The notes under the pieces: generated by a model
What the model was told of the DNA's origin: nothing
Databases searched by the model: none
Seen by the model: only the letters and a program-made list of their open reading frames with translations
DNA from: the human T2T-CHM13v2.0 reference genome, Homo sapiens
Direction: 5' to 3' (one strand)
DNA: 64,000 nucleotides
Assembly (NCBI RefSeq): GCF_009914755.1
Contig: NC_060947.1
Shown here: positions 14,030 through 26,822 of the stretch, in pieces
How the letters are laid out: each line of letters begins with the position of its first letter
Position numbering within the stretch: position 1 is the stretch's first letter
Made by a program: the position numbers and the translations under genes

Positions 14030-17000
14030 TGGTTCCCGCCCGAAGGTCCTTTCCTTTCACACCCGACCTCTCTAGATCCCCGACTTAACCCCGATTGAAG
14101 AAGAAATTTTCCAGGATGGGGGTGGGGTTTTGCTGGATTTGTCGAAAGAGATGGTCCACAGGGGAAGAGTGCATAAACTTGGCGAGAGGCGAGAGAGGGA
14201 GAATAACCTTAATCATGCACAGGCTCCGGCCTTAACAGTTGAGTGGGTGGTGGACCGAGGCCAAGCGGCCAAATAAGTGGAGTAGAAAGGCGCGAGTCTG
14301 CGCTGCGTGCCACGTACCAAACGCTCAATTCTCCCTCCTGGGCCCTGTATCCATCTCTCGTTCGCTCTCTGTGGCTAATGCAGAGCGATGGAACAGCCTC
14401 GGGAGAATAGCTGGAGAAAGCTCAGAGAAAGACAAATTAAAAGGAGCTCAGCGCAGCAGCAAATGCTGGAGAACAGCGCTCAGCTGACCCGTTAAATGAG
14501 TAATTCGGTAAAGGTGTGTTAATCAGTGCGGCGCCCCGAGAGCCCAGCGAAACACTCTGGGAAGATACCTGGCGTGGCAACGGGACTCTTCAACGCTGCG
14601 ATCTAGAAACGCTGCTAGTCCTGGGTCGTAGTCCCTCTCCCCTGTCTCGCTTAAAGAGAGGGGTTCCTGGGTTGCAATACGTTGGAGAGCAGGTGATCAG
14701 ATGCATGGTTGGCGAGCCCCTGGCGCATGGCAGAATGATTGAGGCCAGGGTCCTAGCTGCAAGCCCATCCCTGCGTCCCAGTACATTACCTGCCTGCCCC
14801 ATGACTGGCGGGGCTGGAGAACCCTGAGACTTAAGGATCTTATAGGTGGCAGGGGTGGAAAAGAAGAGTTCTCTCCGGTCCTGGAAAGCTCTAATTGTCA
14901 GAAAAACTAGGTGGTTTGCGTCTTTAAAAGCAAGTTCCAGTCTGCGGGGAACCAAGCAGGTGAACTCCTGACTGAACTAGATACCTGTTCAGCGGCTAGA
15001 ACTGGAGACTGGGAGAGCTGGAAAACTTTTAGTGGCTTTCCATACCTGCACTCAGTTGAGCGCTCGCCCCAATCCTGTACGCCGGCCTACTCTGGTAAGG
15101 ACGCTAGACGGCGCTGCCGGGACACGCTTTCCTTCTCCGGAGAAAGGTAAGAGAGCGCTTTTTTTTTTTTTTTAAACCAGGGGATGGGGGACTTGGGGTT
15201 GGCAGCCTTTCTCAATCTGCCTCCCCTCCCCGCGCTCCCAAATCTAAAGGGGTGTGGAAGAGGAGGAGGAGCAGAAGCAGCTCTTTTCGTGACGCGCCAG
15301 AGCGCTTCTCTCTAATTCCCACCTCCTCCCCGGTGCAATCAGTCAGCCAGGAGGCTCCAAACTGTTAGCGACAAAAACGCAGCTCTCGGTCACTCCCACT
15401 ACCCTCCCACCCGCACTCCAGGCATATTTTGGAGGCGGCAGCAGCGGTGGCAGGATGTGAGGCGAGCCTGGAGCTCATTTCCAGGCGCCCTTCCCTCTTC
15501 GGAACTAAGGGAGACTTGTGGGCTTTTGCACACTGGCTGTAGGGTTCCCGGGAAAGACTGGAGCAGCGAACAGGAGGGAGAGAGGTGGACAGGCAGAGTC
15601 TGCACCTGCCGCCTGCACCTCCGTTAGGGCGACAGGGCAGCTGGTGTTTCGCTCCTGGAGTGTGCCTACCTCGCAAGGGGGGCGAGGGCCACAGGCTGAG
15701 GCGCCCGCGTCCCGGAGTGCACCGCTTGGCCGAGGCAAGGTGTTGCTGGGGCAAGGCTGCTCCGAAGCGAAGTCGCGCAAAAGGAAGAGTCTGGGAGGCA
15801 GGCGACTTAGGAGAGTCTAGTCACTGAGAGACAGAGGCAGCATCTGCCATTCTAACTACGGAGCTGAGTAATTTAGAAACCCTCCTTAACTCTCCCTTTC
15901 CAGCTCTCCCCAAAGTCCACAGAAGCTCTGCTGAACTCTAGAAATCTTCCCTGGCTGGGGGGAAGTTTACTAGTATCCTCTTTGGCTAAGACAGGGAGTG
16001 GAAAAAACAGGCGGGGCTGTACTGTCCGCTGTTTGGGGAGACGCGGTCTTCCTCGCGCCCCCTTCAGCCACTCCGACTGCCTGGGAAGTCCCAGCCCGCG
16101 CTCTCCGGAACCCGGCTCGCCGTCTCGCCCTGGACATGGAACTACGCATCTGAGACCTGCTGGACGTTTTGCTGGCCGTTTTGCAAGACTCAGGTAATGT
16201 CCACTCGCAGAGCTGGAGAGTTGACTGGCAAGGGCCAGGGGAGAACGCGCTGCGCTCTCAGTTGGCAGCGGGGCAGGCCGCAGCCAATGGAGGCTTTATC
16301 TTTCCTGCAGCTCTGGTCTCCGCGCCTGGAAATTTGCCAGTTGGCTTTCTCTTCCTTTAGCCTTCCCAGAAAGTTTAGGGAATAGAGCTCCGAAGGCCAG
16401 GGGCTCTTCGCCTGGGAGGAGCGTGCGCCGTCCTTCAGGTGCCCGCGAGCCCAAGCGTTGCGTTTCCGCGGCGGGATCTTCATGCTCTCTGCGGCTGGCG
16501 CGCGGGCTCTGCAGCCTGGAAGGCAATTTCCAACTGGGCGCTTCTGACTGCCCACATTTCTGCCGCAGCTGGGAGAGCAACTGGAGCTGGGAAGAGGCTC
16601 AAGGCGGCTCCTGGGTGGAGCAGCGAGGGGTTCCCCAGCAATACGCTGCCGCTCCTGGGATTCCCACCAAGCACTAGGCAGGGGAGATCGCTGGATATCT
16701 GGGGCCATATCTGTGCTCCTGCACTGAGAGCCTGAAGGTACTTCCCCTGTGGTTCCCGAGACGCCCCCTTTCCTCTTCCCGCAAGAATCCCCGATACCCC
16801 TAGAGTGGGTTTCCCAGGTCCCCACTGCTGCTCAGGCGTGAGGATCTGCCCGCGCCAAATTGCGCTTCAGACTCCTTGTGAAGGAAAACTAGAGTGGGAG
16901 AGTAGGGATAGCCACTCGCGAGTGGCTCGCCTTGCCTCTCTGGGCCTGGCATTGGAGCAAACAGCTTGATCTGTCACCATCAGACGTTTAAGAAAAATGC
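14030..17000. promoter_or_regulatory. CpG island, probable promoter or Polycomb-type element
   Basis: Sharp rise in GC and CpG density over flanks, repeat-free; CCAAT box CAGCCAATGG 16281-16290, CRE-like TGACGC 15290-15295, E2F site CGCGCCAAA 16851-16859. Confidence 0.85.
15904..16193 (+). ncRNA. Candidate internal exon of a plus-strand non-coding transcript
   Basis: CTTAAC branch-like motif and TCTCCCTTTCCAG acceptor (AG 15902-15903); CAG|GTAATG donor at 16193/16194. Inference only. Confidence 0.3.
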
Positions 17001-19546
17001 TTTGGCAAGGAGACCCTGGCAAGGGAAATGTGTATTATAACAAATGTCTGCTTCAGGGGTTTCTCCTGGTCCCTGCAGCCATCCCCTCTCCATCTGTGCC
17101 GCCCAAGGACTTAGAGACATTAGTAAACAAGTATTCAAGATTTTCCCCTTGCCACCCACAAAAGTTGTGACTGCACAGAAGTATTGGAAAAGTACTTCTC
17201 AGTTGAAAGCTACTCTAGAGCCTATCACAGGTGTTTTTTTTAGGGGGAGTCTATTTAGGAGTATCTTGTCCCCGAATGAGGAAGCGGGACCTGCCCACCA
17301 CCACTACCTTCAATCGAATGTGTAGACCTCCAAGAAGGAATCCTCCTTTCTTTTCCTGGCCAGGGGAATCAAGCTGTAGATTATTAAACATGCGGCATAG
17401 CTGGGAACAGACCCCAAGGAAGTAAGGGAGGGAGGGAGGAAAGGACACTTCTCTGAGCCTGCAAGTTCAGCACGGGCGTCCTACAGTTCAGGAAGACTAC
17501 CTCAGTGACAGAGTCCCTGGGAATGAAGGAGTTAAGTTTTTGGGACAAGTGTCTGGGACTGGGGTCCATTTTCCCACTGACATCCTCATCTCCCACCCCA
17601 CCGCAGCAGCCGACCCAAGGTTTTGGCTTCATCTCTGAGCCGACCCGTACGGTGTGAACTCTCTAATTTGCGGGCCGCCCTGGGCTAGATAGCCCACAAT
17701 TACCCGCCGTGGAAGCAGATTATTTGGGGCACTAGTATCCATGCATTGTTGTACCACTGGGCTCTTTGCCAGCAGGGTCTCGGATACTTAGGCTTCCACC
17801 CCTTCTTGCCGCACAGAACGCGTTCTTCTCCATGCTTCCGGCTTCCCCAAAGATAGCAATTGGGCAACTACCCTGGGACTTAGGGAGGGTGAAATTCCCA
17901 AGTATTCCTGAGCCGAGGCTTCAGCAGAAGTGCCTATCTTCGCCACTTGCATCCCTTCTACTCCTCTCCTCCGTGGAGCAACCCCTGCTCTATGGCCAGT
18001 ACAGTCGCACCGTGAGGCTGCTGGACCCGATGCGGAGACTCCAGTTTGAAACCACCTGCTTACAGTTAGCTCTCCAATTTGAGGGCTGCCCTGGGGTAGA
18101 CAGCCTGCAATTACTGAGGTGGAAGCAGCTGATTTAAATAGCGTTTAAATGTGGATAAAGGGCTGTGGCATCAAAGGCTCCTGGCTTGCCCACTCTAACC
18201 TCAGCTGGTCTGAAGGAGAGGCAAGTTGCGACCAAAGCTGCCTCCGTGAACAGACAGCTGCAGCCGCTTCTGCTTCTGCCCTATAGGTCAAGGCCAGACC
18301 TTTGGAGCAGTAGGGTTGAGGATTTAAATCCGGCTTTGTGGAATAGCCTCTGCTTCCCTCTCTGATATCTGGCCAGTCTTAGGTTGAGCAATTGGCCACT
18401 TTTAGTTTCTGCGGGGCTTCTACCACTTTGACCTCTCTGTGCAGAGGCTAAAGGTACTGGTCAGGGGTGGTGGATAGCAGGGTGCCCCTGGACTGTGGCA
18501 TTTACAGGTAAAATCAAGTCTGAATCTTGATTTACCCATTCATTTCCTGAGAAATAGTTCCTCAATGTTGTAGAACATTCTTGTTTGCCAATAACTGGCA
18601 ATAGAGTCCATACACACATATGCTGCTTATTAGGGTGAACTGATGGTGAGATAACCTGGAGAACAGCCCCTTATAACCATCTGGAACATGTCTCCACAGC
18701 TGCAAAGCCCATTGAAATTTTATTTAGCTTTAAAAAGACATGCTGTAAAGAATCTGACCATATAAAAAAGATGAATTATGAAGTGACTATTTCAGTTTTG
18801 TTTAAAAGAATAAACTTCACTTTATCAAATACACTGGCTTCCATAGTTTATTGAAGTGTCTCAGTGCAAACATTTGCTATTTGGGAAGAAGGGGAAAGAT
18901 TGGGAAGGTGAAATGAGTTAAAATATGGTTGAAATGATCGTATACTTTGGTAAAACAGAACTTTGTGTTCACATCTGTGCCTTAAATAAAATCATCACGA
19001 TGTGATGTGAGGCCCTGAGTAGATTCTGTGACAGGTTGTAGCACTATGATGAAACCAAAGGGGAACATATATTTATCCTTTGTATTTGGAAATTTCCTGT
19101 AACTGCAGCAGTAATGATTACAGCTGGGACTGTTGGAAGACAAATGTACACACTGCCTTCTTCGTTTGAGAAGTACCATAACCTCCTTTGTGAAAATGCA
19201 CTGTAATCAAGTGGAAGAGATAAAAAGTCCCAAGTTTGAGGTCTTCACTAATAATATATAAAAGAAAAATCATTGCCAAACCTCGAGATGTAGACTAACA
19301 GGGTTTTTTCAAGGCTGGTTTCTAGCTGTAGTCAGAAACTCACACCTTTTAATCTCTGAGAACTGTCCCTTGATCCTAGGTCAGAAAGCTGTGATTGGAG
19401 CCAACTTGGTAGAGAAAGGTAAATGTGGAATGTGCAATATGTGCTTTAATTATCCTGAGCTAGGACTTGAAAATAAGCCTCTCATTATCTTTAGACTTGG
19501 AGCTGCAAGTGCCAAGGAATTTGCCAAAATAAAATGTGTCTGTCCA

Positions 19547-19670
19547 GGCTGGGCATGGTGGCTCACATCTGTAACAATCCCAGCACTTTGGGAGGCTGAG
19601 GCGGGAGGATCACTTGAGCCCAGGAGTTTGAGATTAGTCTGGGCAACATAGTGACACCCCACCTCTATTT
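19547..19670 (+). mobile_element. Alu left monomer (FLAM-like)
   Basis: GGCTGGGCATGGTGGCTCAC... single arm; flanking repeat AAAATGTGTCT at 19531-19541 and 19673-19683. Confidence 0.88.
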
Positions 19671-20527
19671 TAAAAATGTGTCTAATGTAAGGCCTGATGC
19701 AAGGATGTAACACATGGATACATCTGGCCAAAGCTACCGCTATTTGGGCTGGTTCACTTTGAGTTATCTCCTAATGACATCAGAGGCACTAGAGTGAGTC
19801 CACTGTGGGGCAGTTTCTTTTGGGCTTCCCCAGCCACAGACATGGTTCCAAATCTTTTGTCAAATGATCTAAATACATATTCCCTGTGCCAAGAAGCCTA
19901 GATTTAGTAGCCTTCTTGCTTTATTTTTCCCATTAATCTCACAGCTTCGTGTAGCTATACCTTGGCTTCTCTCTTGAGTTTCAAAATGCTTTTTAGCTGG
20001 TTTGCTTTATTCCTGTATTTGGGTGTTCTGTTGTCATGAAAATGTATTAAGACACTGACTTGACATTTTCCCCAAGCAAACTTTTGTTTTTTTTTTTTAT
20101 CCCTTCCTTTTAATGAGGTCCTTATTCTCTAACCCTAGCACCTCTGATCTCATTCATCTGTGACTGCTCCTGTGTGCCTCATCCATCACTACCTCGTGCA
20201 TCCTGTCTTTTATTAAATGCCCTGAATTCTGTCTCTAGAATAGGTTTTCTCCTTTGCATTTGTACTGCCACCACTTGCAGTTAGGTCTTCTAGATTCTTG
20301 ATCTGGCCTGCTACAAAAGCCTTTTCTTGCTGTCTTTGATCTGCTCTCTAATTCAGTATATCCTACATGTTAGGATTAATCTTCCTGTAGCTCATGTAGT
20401 TCTTTATTTAAAAGTGTTACTTAGTGAGTGGTTGTTAAGTCATACAGATTGTTATTGAATCTAAAATAATCTCTAACCATTTGAGTTGCCTGATGCATTA
20501 AATAAGTTGCATTGTAACCTTAGGAAG

Positions 20528-20883
20528 TGATATGGTTTGGCTGCGTCCCCACCCAAATCTTACCTTGAATTGTAATAGTCCCCACGTATCAAGGATGGGG
20601 CCAGGTGGAGATAATTGAATCATGGGGATGGTTTCCCCACTACTGTTCTTGTGGTAGTGAATAAATCTCACAAGATCTGATGGTTTTATAAATGGGAATT
20701 CTCCTGAACAAGCTCTCTTGCCTGCCGCCATGTAAGACATGCTTTTGCTTCTCCTTTGCCTTCTACCATGATTGTGAGGCCTCCCCAGCCATGCGGAACT
20801 GTGAGTCCACTAAACCTCTTTCTTTTATAAATTACCCAGTCTTGGGTATGTCTTTATTAGCAGTATGAGAACAAACTAATACA
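20528..20883 (+). mobile_element. Solo THE1 LTR (THE1B/C-like)
   Basis: TGATATGGTTTGGCTG...ACTAATACA; perfect TSD GGAAG at 20523-20527 and 20884-20888; TATAAA at 20687-20692. Confidence 0.95.
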
Positions 20884-21399
20884 GGAAGTTCTCTAACATT
20901 GCAGGTGAGTACACAGCACGGCCAACCATTTGGTGGGAACTCAAACATCAGATTTGGGACATTTGTTGCCTAACCCAGAGAGTCCATATCATCCTTTCAA
21001 TATCCAGGGACCCAAATAGTGTGTTGTTTCCTATCAGTTGGCCTGCTGAAATTACACCTTTTAAAAATTATTAGAACTGTGTTTTATAGTCTTTTGTTTG
21101 TTAACAGTCTATTGCTATGCCCAAATAGGTCATTTTGCTCTGGCTTACTTGGGTGTGCATCACTCTAGGAATCATCTAGATCATTGTATTATGTTATGAA
21201 TTTTTAACATTTATGTTGTGCTTGCTTTATACTTTGGGGAATGCCCTTCCCCTTTCTTTACCTTGCTTAATATTTATAATTATTTGTGAGGCAGGTGGTC
21301 TGTCCAAATTGGGAAACTTTGTTTTATTGGTATCACAAAGCTATTATTGCTCTGGGGTCCTGGCTCAGATAGCACTAGACTAAAGGGATTTTATTCTCT

Positions 21400-22240
21400 C
21401 CTCATTAGCTGTAAAACTAAGTCCAAATTCTTTAGCCAGAAGTTTAAGGCTCTTTAATATTTAGCCTCAGTGTACCTAGTAAGCCATATTTCTTACTACC
21501 TTCCTGTTCACATAATCTAGCCAGACTGGATCACTCACCATTATCCAGTTATAACCTTTGTTATATATCTTTTGTGCCCTTGCTTATGCCATTCTTTTCC
21601 CTGAAGTATTTTTCCTCCCAATTTCCATCTCTACTTCTCTGCCTGTTGAAAACAAACCATATTCAAGAAACAGCTTAATGCAACTCTCCCTAATTTATCT
21701 CTCATACCTCATAGCTAAAATAATCTGTCCCTTTTCTTTTTCTTTCTTTTCTTTTAGACAGGGCCTCACTCTGCCACCCAGGCTGGAGTGCAGTGGTGTG
21801 ATCACAGCTCACTGTAGTCTTGACCTCACAGGCTCAAGCAATCCTCTCACCTCAGCCTCCCGCCCCCAGTAGCTGGGACTACAGGTGCATGCCACCATGC
21901 CCGGCTAATTTTTGTATTTTTTTTTGTAGAGATATGGTTTTGTCATGTTGCCCACGCTGGTCTTGAACTCTGGGCTCAAGCCATCTGCCTGCCTTGGCTT
22001 CCCAAAGTGCCGCGGTTACAGGTGTGAACCGCTGTGCTCAGCAATCTCTCCCTTTTCATAACTCTCTTGGCACATTGTTGATCCCCCTTTTATGATATTT
22101 ACCTTGTTCTGCAAACATTATTGTTATTTGTGTATCACTCTATCTCCTCTACTAAATTTTAAACTTTTGGAAGGCTGTCTTTTGTTCTGCAGAGTGCCAA
22201 GGGTATAGGAAGCATCTGTTACATACTTATTTAATTGAGC
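21400..22240 (+). mobile_element. L2 fragment interrupted by AluJ
   Basis: AAGTCCAAATTCTTTAGCC...TTTAAGGCTCTT L2-like body and TACTTATTTAATTGA tail-like end. Confidence 0.6.
21737..22042 (-). mobile_element. AluJ
   Basis: Dimeric Alu; TSD AATCT(G/C)TCCCTTTTC at 21722-21736 and 22043-22057. Confidence 0.93.
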
Positions 22241-22389
22241 TGCCTTTGAGATCTCAGTATTAGCCTTAGCATTTTACTATGTAAATGATAGTTTCAGGTT
22301 AAGTAGGAAATTGCCAAATCTATTATTTGCCAATAATGTCATGAAGCAGTATAATAGGGCACTGATTTTTTTAAAACAGCTATGCTCTA

Positions 22390-22586
22390 GAAGTGCTCTA
22401 TTCAATAAATATGCAGTTGTATAAATTTAAACTGATTACAATTAAATAAGACTAAAAATTTCGGTTCCTCAGTCACCTAGCCACATTTCAAGTACTTGAT
22501 AGCCACATGTGGTCAGTGAATACCATATTGGAAAGTACAGCTATAGAGTATTCCCATCACCAGAGTAAGTTCTACTGGACAGCACT
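22390..22586. mobile_element. MER3/MER33-type hAT MITE
   Basis: GTTCCTCAGTCACCTAGCCACATTTCAAGT...AGCCACATGTGG...TTCTACTGGACAGCACT. Confidence 0.8.
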
Positions 22587-22849
22587 ATTATACAACAATG
22601 GTTCTCAACACTTGTTTCCACCAAAAACACGTTCACAAAGGTGACTGCTTTCATGGGTTTATGCAGAATTCCCAGTGCCATAGTGCTGCCACTTTTCTTC
22701 CTTCTCAGAACACAAATTAGTAACATTACAGGAATCATCTTGACTCTGTTTGGGAGACAAATTAGATATTTATGTCATATCAAACACCAGAATAAATTCC
22801 AGATAAAACTCTGAAGAAGAAAAAATTATAAAGAACTTGATCTATCACG

Positions 22850-24450
22850 TATAACTTATATTGGAAATTATAATGATTAAAATACTATGGTACTTGTGTA
22901 GGATCAGACACATTACTATAACAGAACAGTGTCCAAAGAAATAATCTTAAGTATATTATGGATTTTAAGAAATGACAAAGATTTCAAATTCATGCGTTTG
23001 AGGGAAAAGATAGATTTTTCAGTAAATGTGATTAGGACAACAGCTGGTCATTGAGGGGAAATTTAATAAAGCTACATCTATACCCACTATTTAAACCAAA
23101 GTTAATTCCAGCTTTCTCAAAGATTTAAATGTAAAAAAAACTATAAAGACACTCAAAGATATTTTAGATTATTTGAAAATCTATATAATTACAATTTAAC
23201 ATTTTATTTTATGATATGTTTATAGTCTTGAGATGGAGAAGGTTTTTCTAATTATGAAGACTGAAGGCTTAAAGGAAAAGATTGATACATTTAACCTTCA
23301 AAAAAGTCTTTATGGTAAAAAATACCATAATCAAGGTTAATTAAAAAACTAGGAAAAATATCTGTGACACATAACAATGGGTAGTTATTCTTAACATAAA
23401 AGAACTTCCACATATTAATTACAAAATAAATCTCATAGAAAAAATGGGGAAAATTCATGAATAGAATACTCACCAAAAAAGGAATACCAAACTCACTTTG
23501 CAAATAAAAACTAATAGTTTTCACATATCAGATTAAGAAGGCTTCAAAACCAACATAAAACATGGTTTTGGCAAACCTGTGAGGATATGGATGATCCAAC
23601 GTACTGTTTAAATTGGTCCATTTCCAAAGATTGCATTGGCAATCTGTATAAAAATGTAAAATACCTTCTATGACTTAGCAATTTCACTAAGTATTTATTC
23701 TAAGAAGATAAATGCAAGTACTAAAACATGTATACACAAGGATGTTCATTAATGTTTCATTTATACTGGCAAAGCTTTGAAAACAATATAAGTGGCTCTA
23801 ATAGTGTATTGACTAGGTCAATTGGGATGTATCATTTTAATCAGTTACTTGGACACATTAAAGACAAAGCAGACCTACATTTATTGATATGGAAATATAT
23901 CCATAAATATAATTTAATGGAAAAGGTAGCTTACAAAGAAACACAATTCAATTTTTTCACTTGTTTATGTATTTGTGTACATCTATGTGTGCATATAAGC
24001 ATATGAAATGTATAGAAAGTTTTTCACCAAAATGTTAATTATAGGTGAAAAGACTGAATTTTCTTTAAAAAATCAGCCTGTGCTTTTGTTTATTTACAGT
24101 GAGAATAATACAAGCATATATTTTATAATGCATTTAAAATGCTTATGGTACTCAATACTCTGCTTAAAGCACAGTGGCAGTTATTATGCTTATATAATTT
24201 ATAAGATAAGCTAGTCAAAGTTAAATGTGAACTTCAGAAGGATTCAAGTGTTAAATGTAAAAAAAGGAAAGTATATAATAACTAAAATATAATAAAAGTA
24301 ACCTGGGAGCAGGACTTTCTAATAATAATAAAAGAAGAAATCAGAAAAATCAATAGAGCATTTTACATAAACATAGAAAATGTATATGGATAAACATATA
24401 ATAATAAAGATAAATTGGAACAAACAAACAATTGTAATATTTGATATGTA
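22850..24450 (+). mobile_element. Very old L1 (L1ME-like) 3' remnants
   Basis: A-rich decayed ORF2/3'UTR motifs (ATGACTTAGCAATTTCACT, ACATGTATACACAAGGATGTTCATT). Confidence 0.55.
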
Positions 24451-24776
24451 AAGGTTTATATTAGCTCAAAAATATAACTTTCCATCAGCTAACCACCCAC
24501 AAATAATAAGGTGTTATTTGGACTCTTATTTTTTATATTATAAACATATTGTATATATCCTATAAATATATAGAGTTATTGAAGTATTTTACATGCTAGC
24601 TCTGGTAACACTTGCAGTGATTCTAGAGGAATATGGATTGGGGAATATGGGGAAAGGACCATGTAGTGTAATTTTCTGCTCTAACTAGACAAGGATAAAG
24701 CCTCATAAGATAGTGGCAGATGCTGCATATCTTGGCATGAACTTACCTGCTCCATTGTTCTCTATAGATTTACAGC

Positions 24777-24848
24777 TGCCAGTGCCACTATCGGTACAGG
24801 GAATGGTCTTGCCAGTGCCACTATCTATACAGGGAATGGTCTTGCCAG
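24777..24848. repeat. 33-bp tandem duplication (2.2 copies)
   Basis: TGCCAGTGCCACTATC(GG/TA)TACAGGGAATGGTCT twice, then TGCCAG. Confidence 0.92.
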
Positions 24849-25179
24849 ATCCAAAAATACAGCTGACTTTTTCCCCTATACACCATTAGTTTTTTAATAT
24901 TCAGCATCTATGTCACCATATTTCCATTTAAGGGGATGTTTAGAACTAACAGCTCTCCTGGTTCTTGAACCAAACTCAGAATCAAAAAGGTCACATCCTC
25001 ATCTGAGGAAAGAAAACCAGATCAGGGCCCAGATATCCTTTAGTGAAATATCTGCTTTAAACTTTCTAGAAAATGGAAAAATCAATTTCCCTAACGTCTA
25101 TTTCCTAGGTCTTATTTAATGCCCCTAATAATGGGTAGTTGTGACACAGAATTTAGACTAAGGGCTATGACCACAAATA

Positions 25180-25415
25180 ATGATAGCTAACATTCAGTGG
25201 AGACTAATTATATTCTGGGTTCTATTCTTAGTACAGCTTTATATGTATTAAATCATTTCATATTAATAATTATTTTACTGGGAGGTAGGTGGTATTTTTA
25301 TTACAATTTTTAGATGAGGAAACTGAGACACGAGTTCAGTAATTTGCCTAGTCACAAAGCTATTGAAATGGCTGTTCTGGGGTGAGAACCCAGCCAGTCT
25401 CGCTCTAAAACCCAT
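25180..25415 (-). mobile_element. MIR
   Basis: TTTTAGATGAGGAAACTGAGAC...TAATTTGCC core in reverse orientation. Confidence 0.8.
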
Positions 25416-26700
25416 GCATTTAAACGTGACACAAAAGTATGTATACTAAGAGTAGTAACAGATACTATTTAGCTCAGTTATGTAGCTTTCAAATTTTCTA
25501 CAATTAAGATATGTTACTTCTATAATCACAAAATATATGATATTAAAAATTAAAGCTTCAGATGGAGCCATAGACATAGCCCTCTCAACTCTTCAATTTT
25601 GTCTTTATATTCTTTTTTACAAAAGTATCCTAAGGCGTTGTACCATAGGATATATCATTTAAAAAGCCTACTTAATATTTGGAGGTGGTAATTGCAATCT
25701 GTTGACCAAAGATAATTGCATTTTGCAACCAGAAGGGATGATGGGGTAAAACCTCTGAAACTTTTGCTTCAGAGTCTAAAATGTACAATTATTTCCCAAT
25801 TGAACCTAATAACTGCTTTATAATATCATTTCCTTTGTTATCCAGCCTAAACTTTGTAGTATTGTCCTTTTGCTAATATCTTCATCTGATTCTAGACTCA
25901 TTATCTTGTCACTAAATCTGCCTACAACACCTCCCTCTCCGTTTTTGGATCAATCTAACCACCACTTTCTCTGTTCCAACATCTCTATGGCTGAACTCTA
26001 GAGAAGTTCATACCTGTGCCAGAAACAGTACATGGTCTAAAACCTCATTTGGGCCCTGCAGAGGTGCTAGGAAGACCTTTTACATGTACATATTCAGCTT
26101 TCTTTCCTATCTGTTTCCCATGGTAGTTATTTCAAACACCCACTGCTCATCTCAGACTACATTTTTCCATTCAGGCAGTTGTTCTTGCCTTTGACTTTAC
26201 TTTCAGACTTGACTTTCTAACTCCATTCATTCTCTTGCCTCCTCCCCTTCCGTTCCCATACTCACCCAATTCCCTAGTGTTTTGTTCAAAGTGAGTAATT
26301 CCATTGGATCCTGTGTTTAAGAGTTCCATGTCCTCAGTTATCCTCTGTTTTCTCTGGGAAGTAGCAGTAGTTGGGAAGGAAGTCTGAATAGCCAATTGGA
26401 GCATTGGAGCTTGGGGGAAAGAGGTCATTAATAAATGCAGAAGAATATTTAGGTAAGAGTGAGAGTTCCAATGAGGTTAGGGATCATGACTTTATAAGTG
26501 AAAATAGTCTACACAGCTGTGCAGTTTTTTCAAGCTCTGCTCAGGTGTAAGAATGGAGGAAGTGGACAGTTGTGTTGATCCAGAACTGAGTTTTGCCAGG
26601 ATCCATCACAGGGACGAAAGAATGAGAAGGTGAAGATATTAGTACAAGTTGTGGAAGTGATGGATTATGAATTGAAACTGTATAGGGAAGGAAGCATCAG

Positions 26701-26822
26701 GGACTGATAAGTAAGGTAAAAACTGGTTGTGAGGTGGGAAGAAAGTACAAGGGTGGTCGGGGACTGATAATTAAGGTAAAAACTGGTTGTGAGGTGGGAA
26801 GAAAGCACAAGGGTGGTCGGGG
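26701..26822. repeat. 60-bp tandem duplication
   Basis: 26701-26760 and 26761-26820 are identical at 58 of 60 positions. Confidence 0.95.

Noticed and set aside
14239-16825. Many overlapping 60-211 aa ORFs in the CpG island (e.g. 16190-16825)
   Set aside because: Expected from stop-codon scarcity in GC-rich DNA; Arg/Pro/Gly/Ser-rich, often non-ATG starts, no recognisable domain
24777-26822. Direct repeats as a CRISPR-like array
   Set aside because: Two adjacent copies each, no spacers, eukaryotic context
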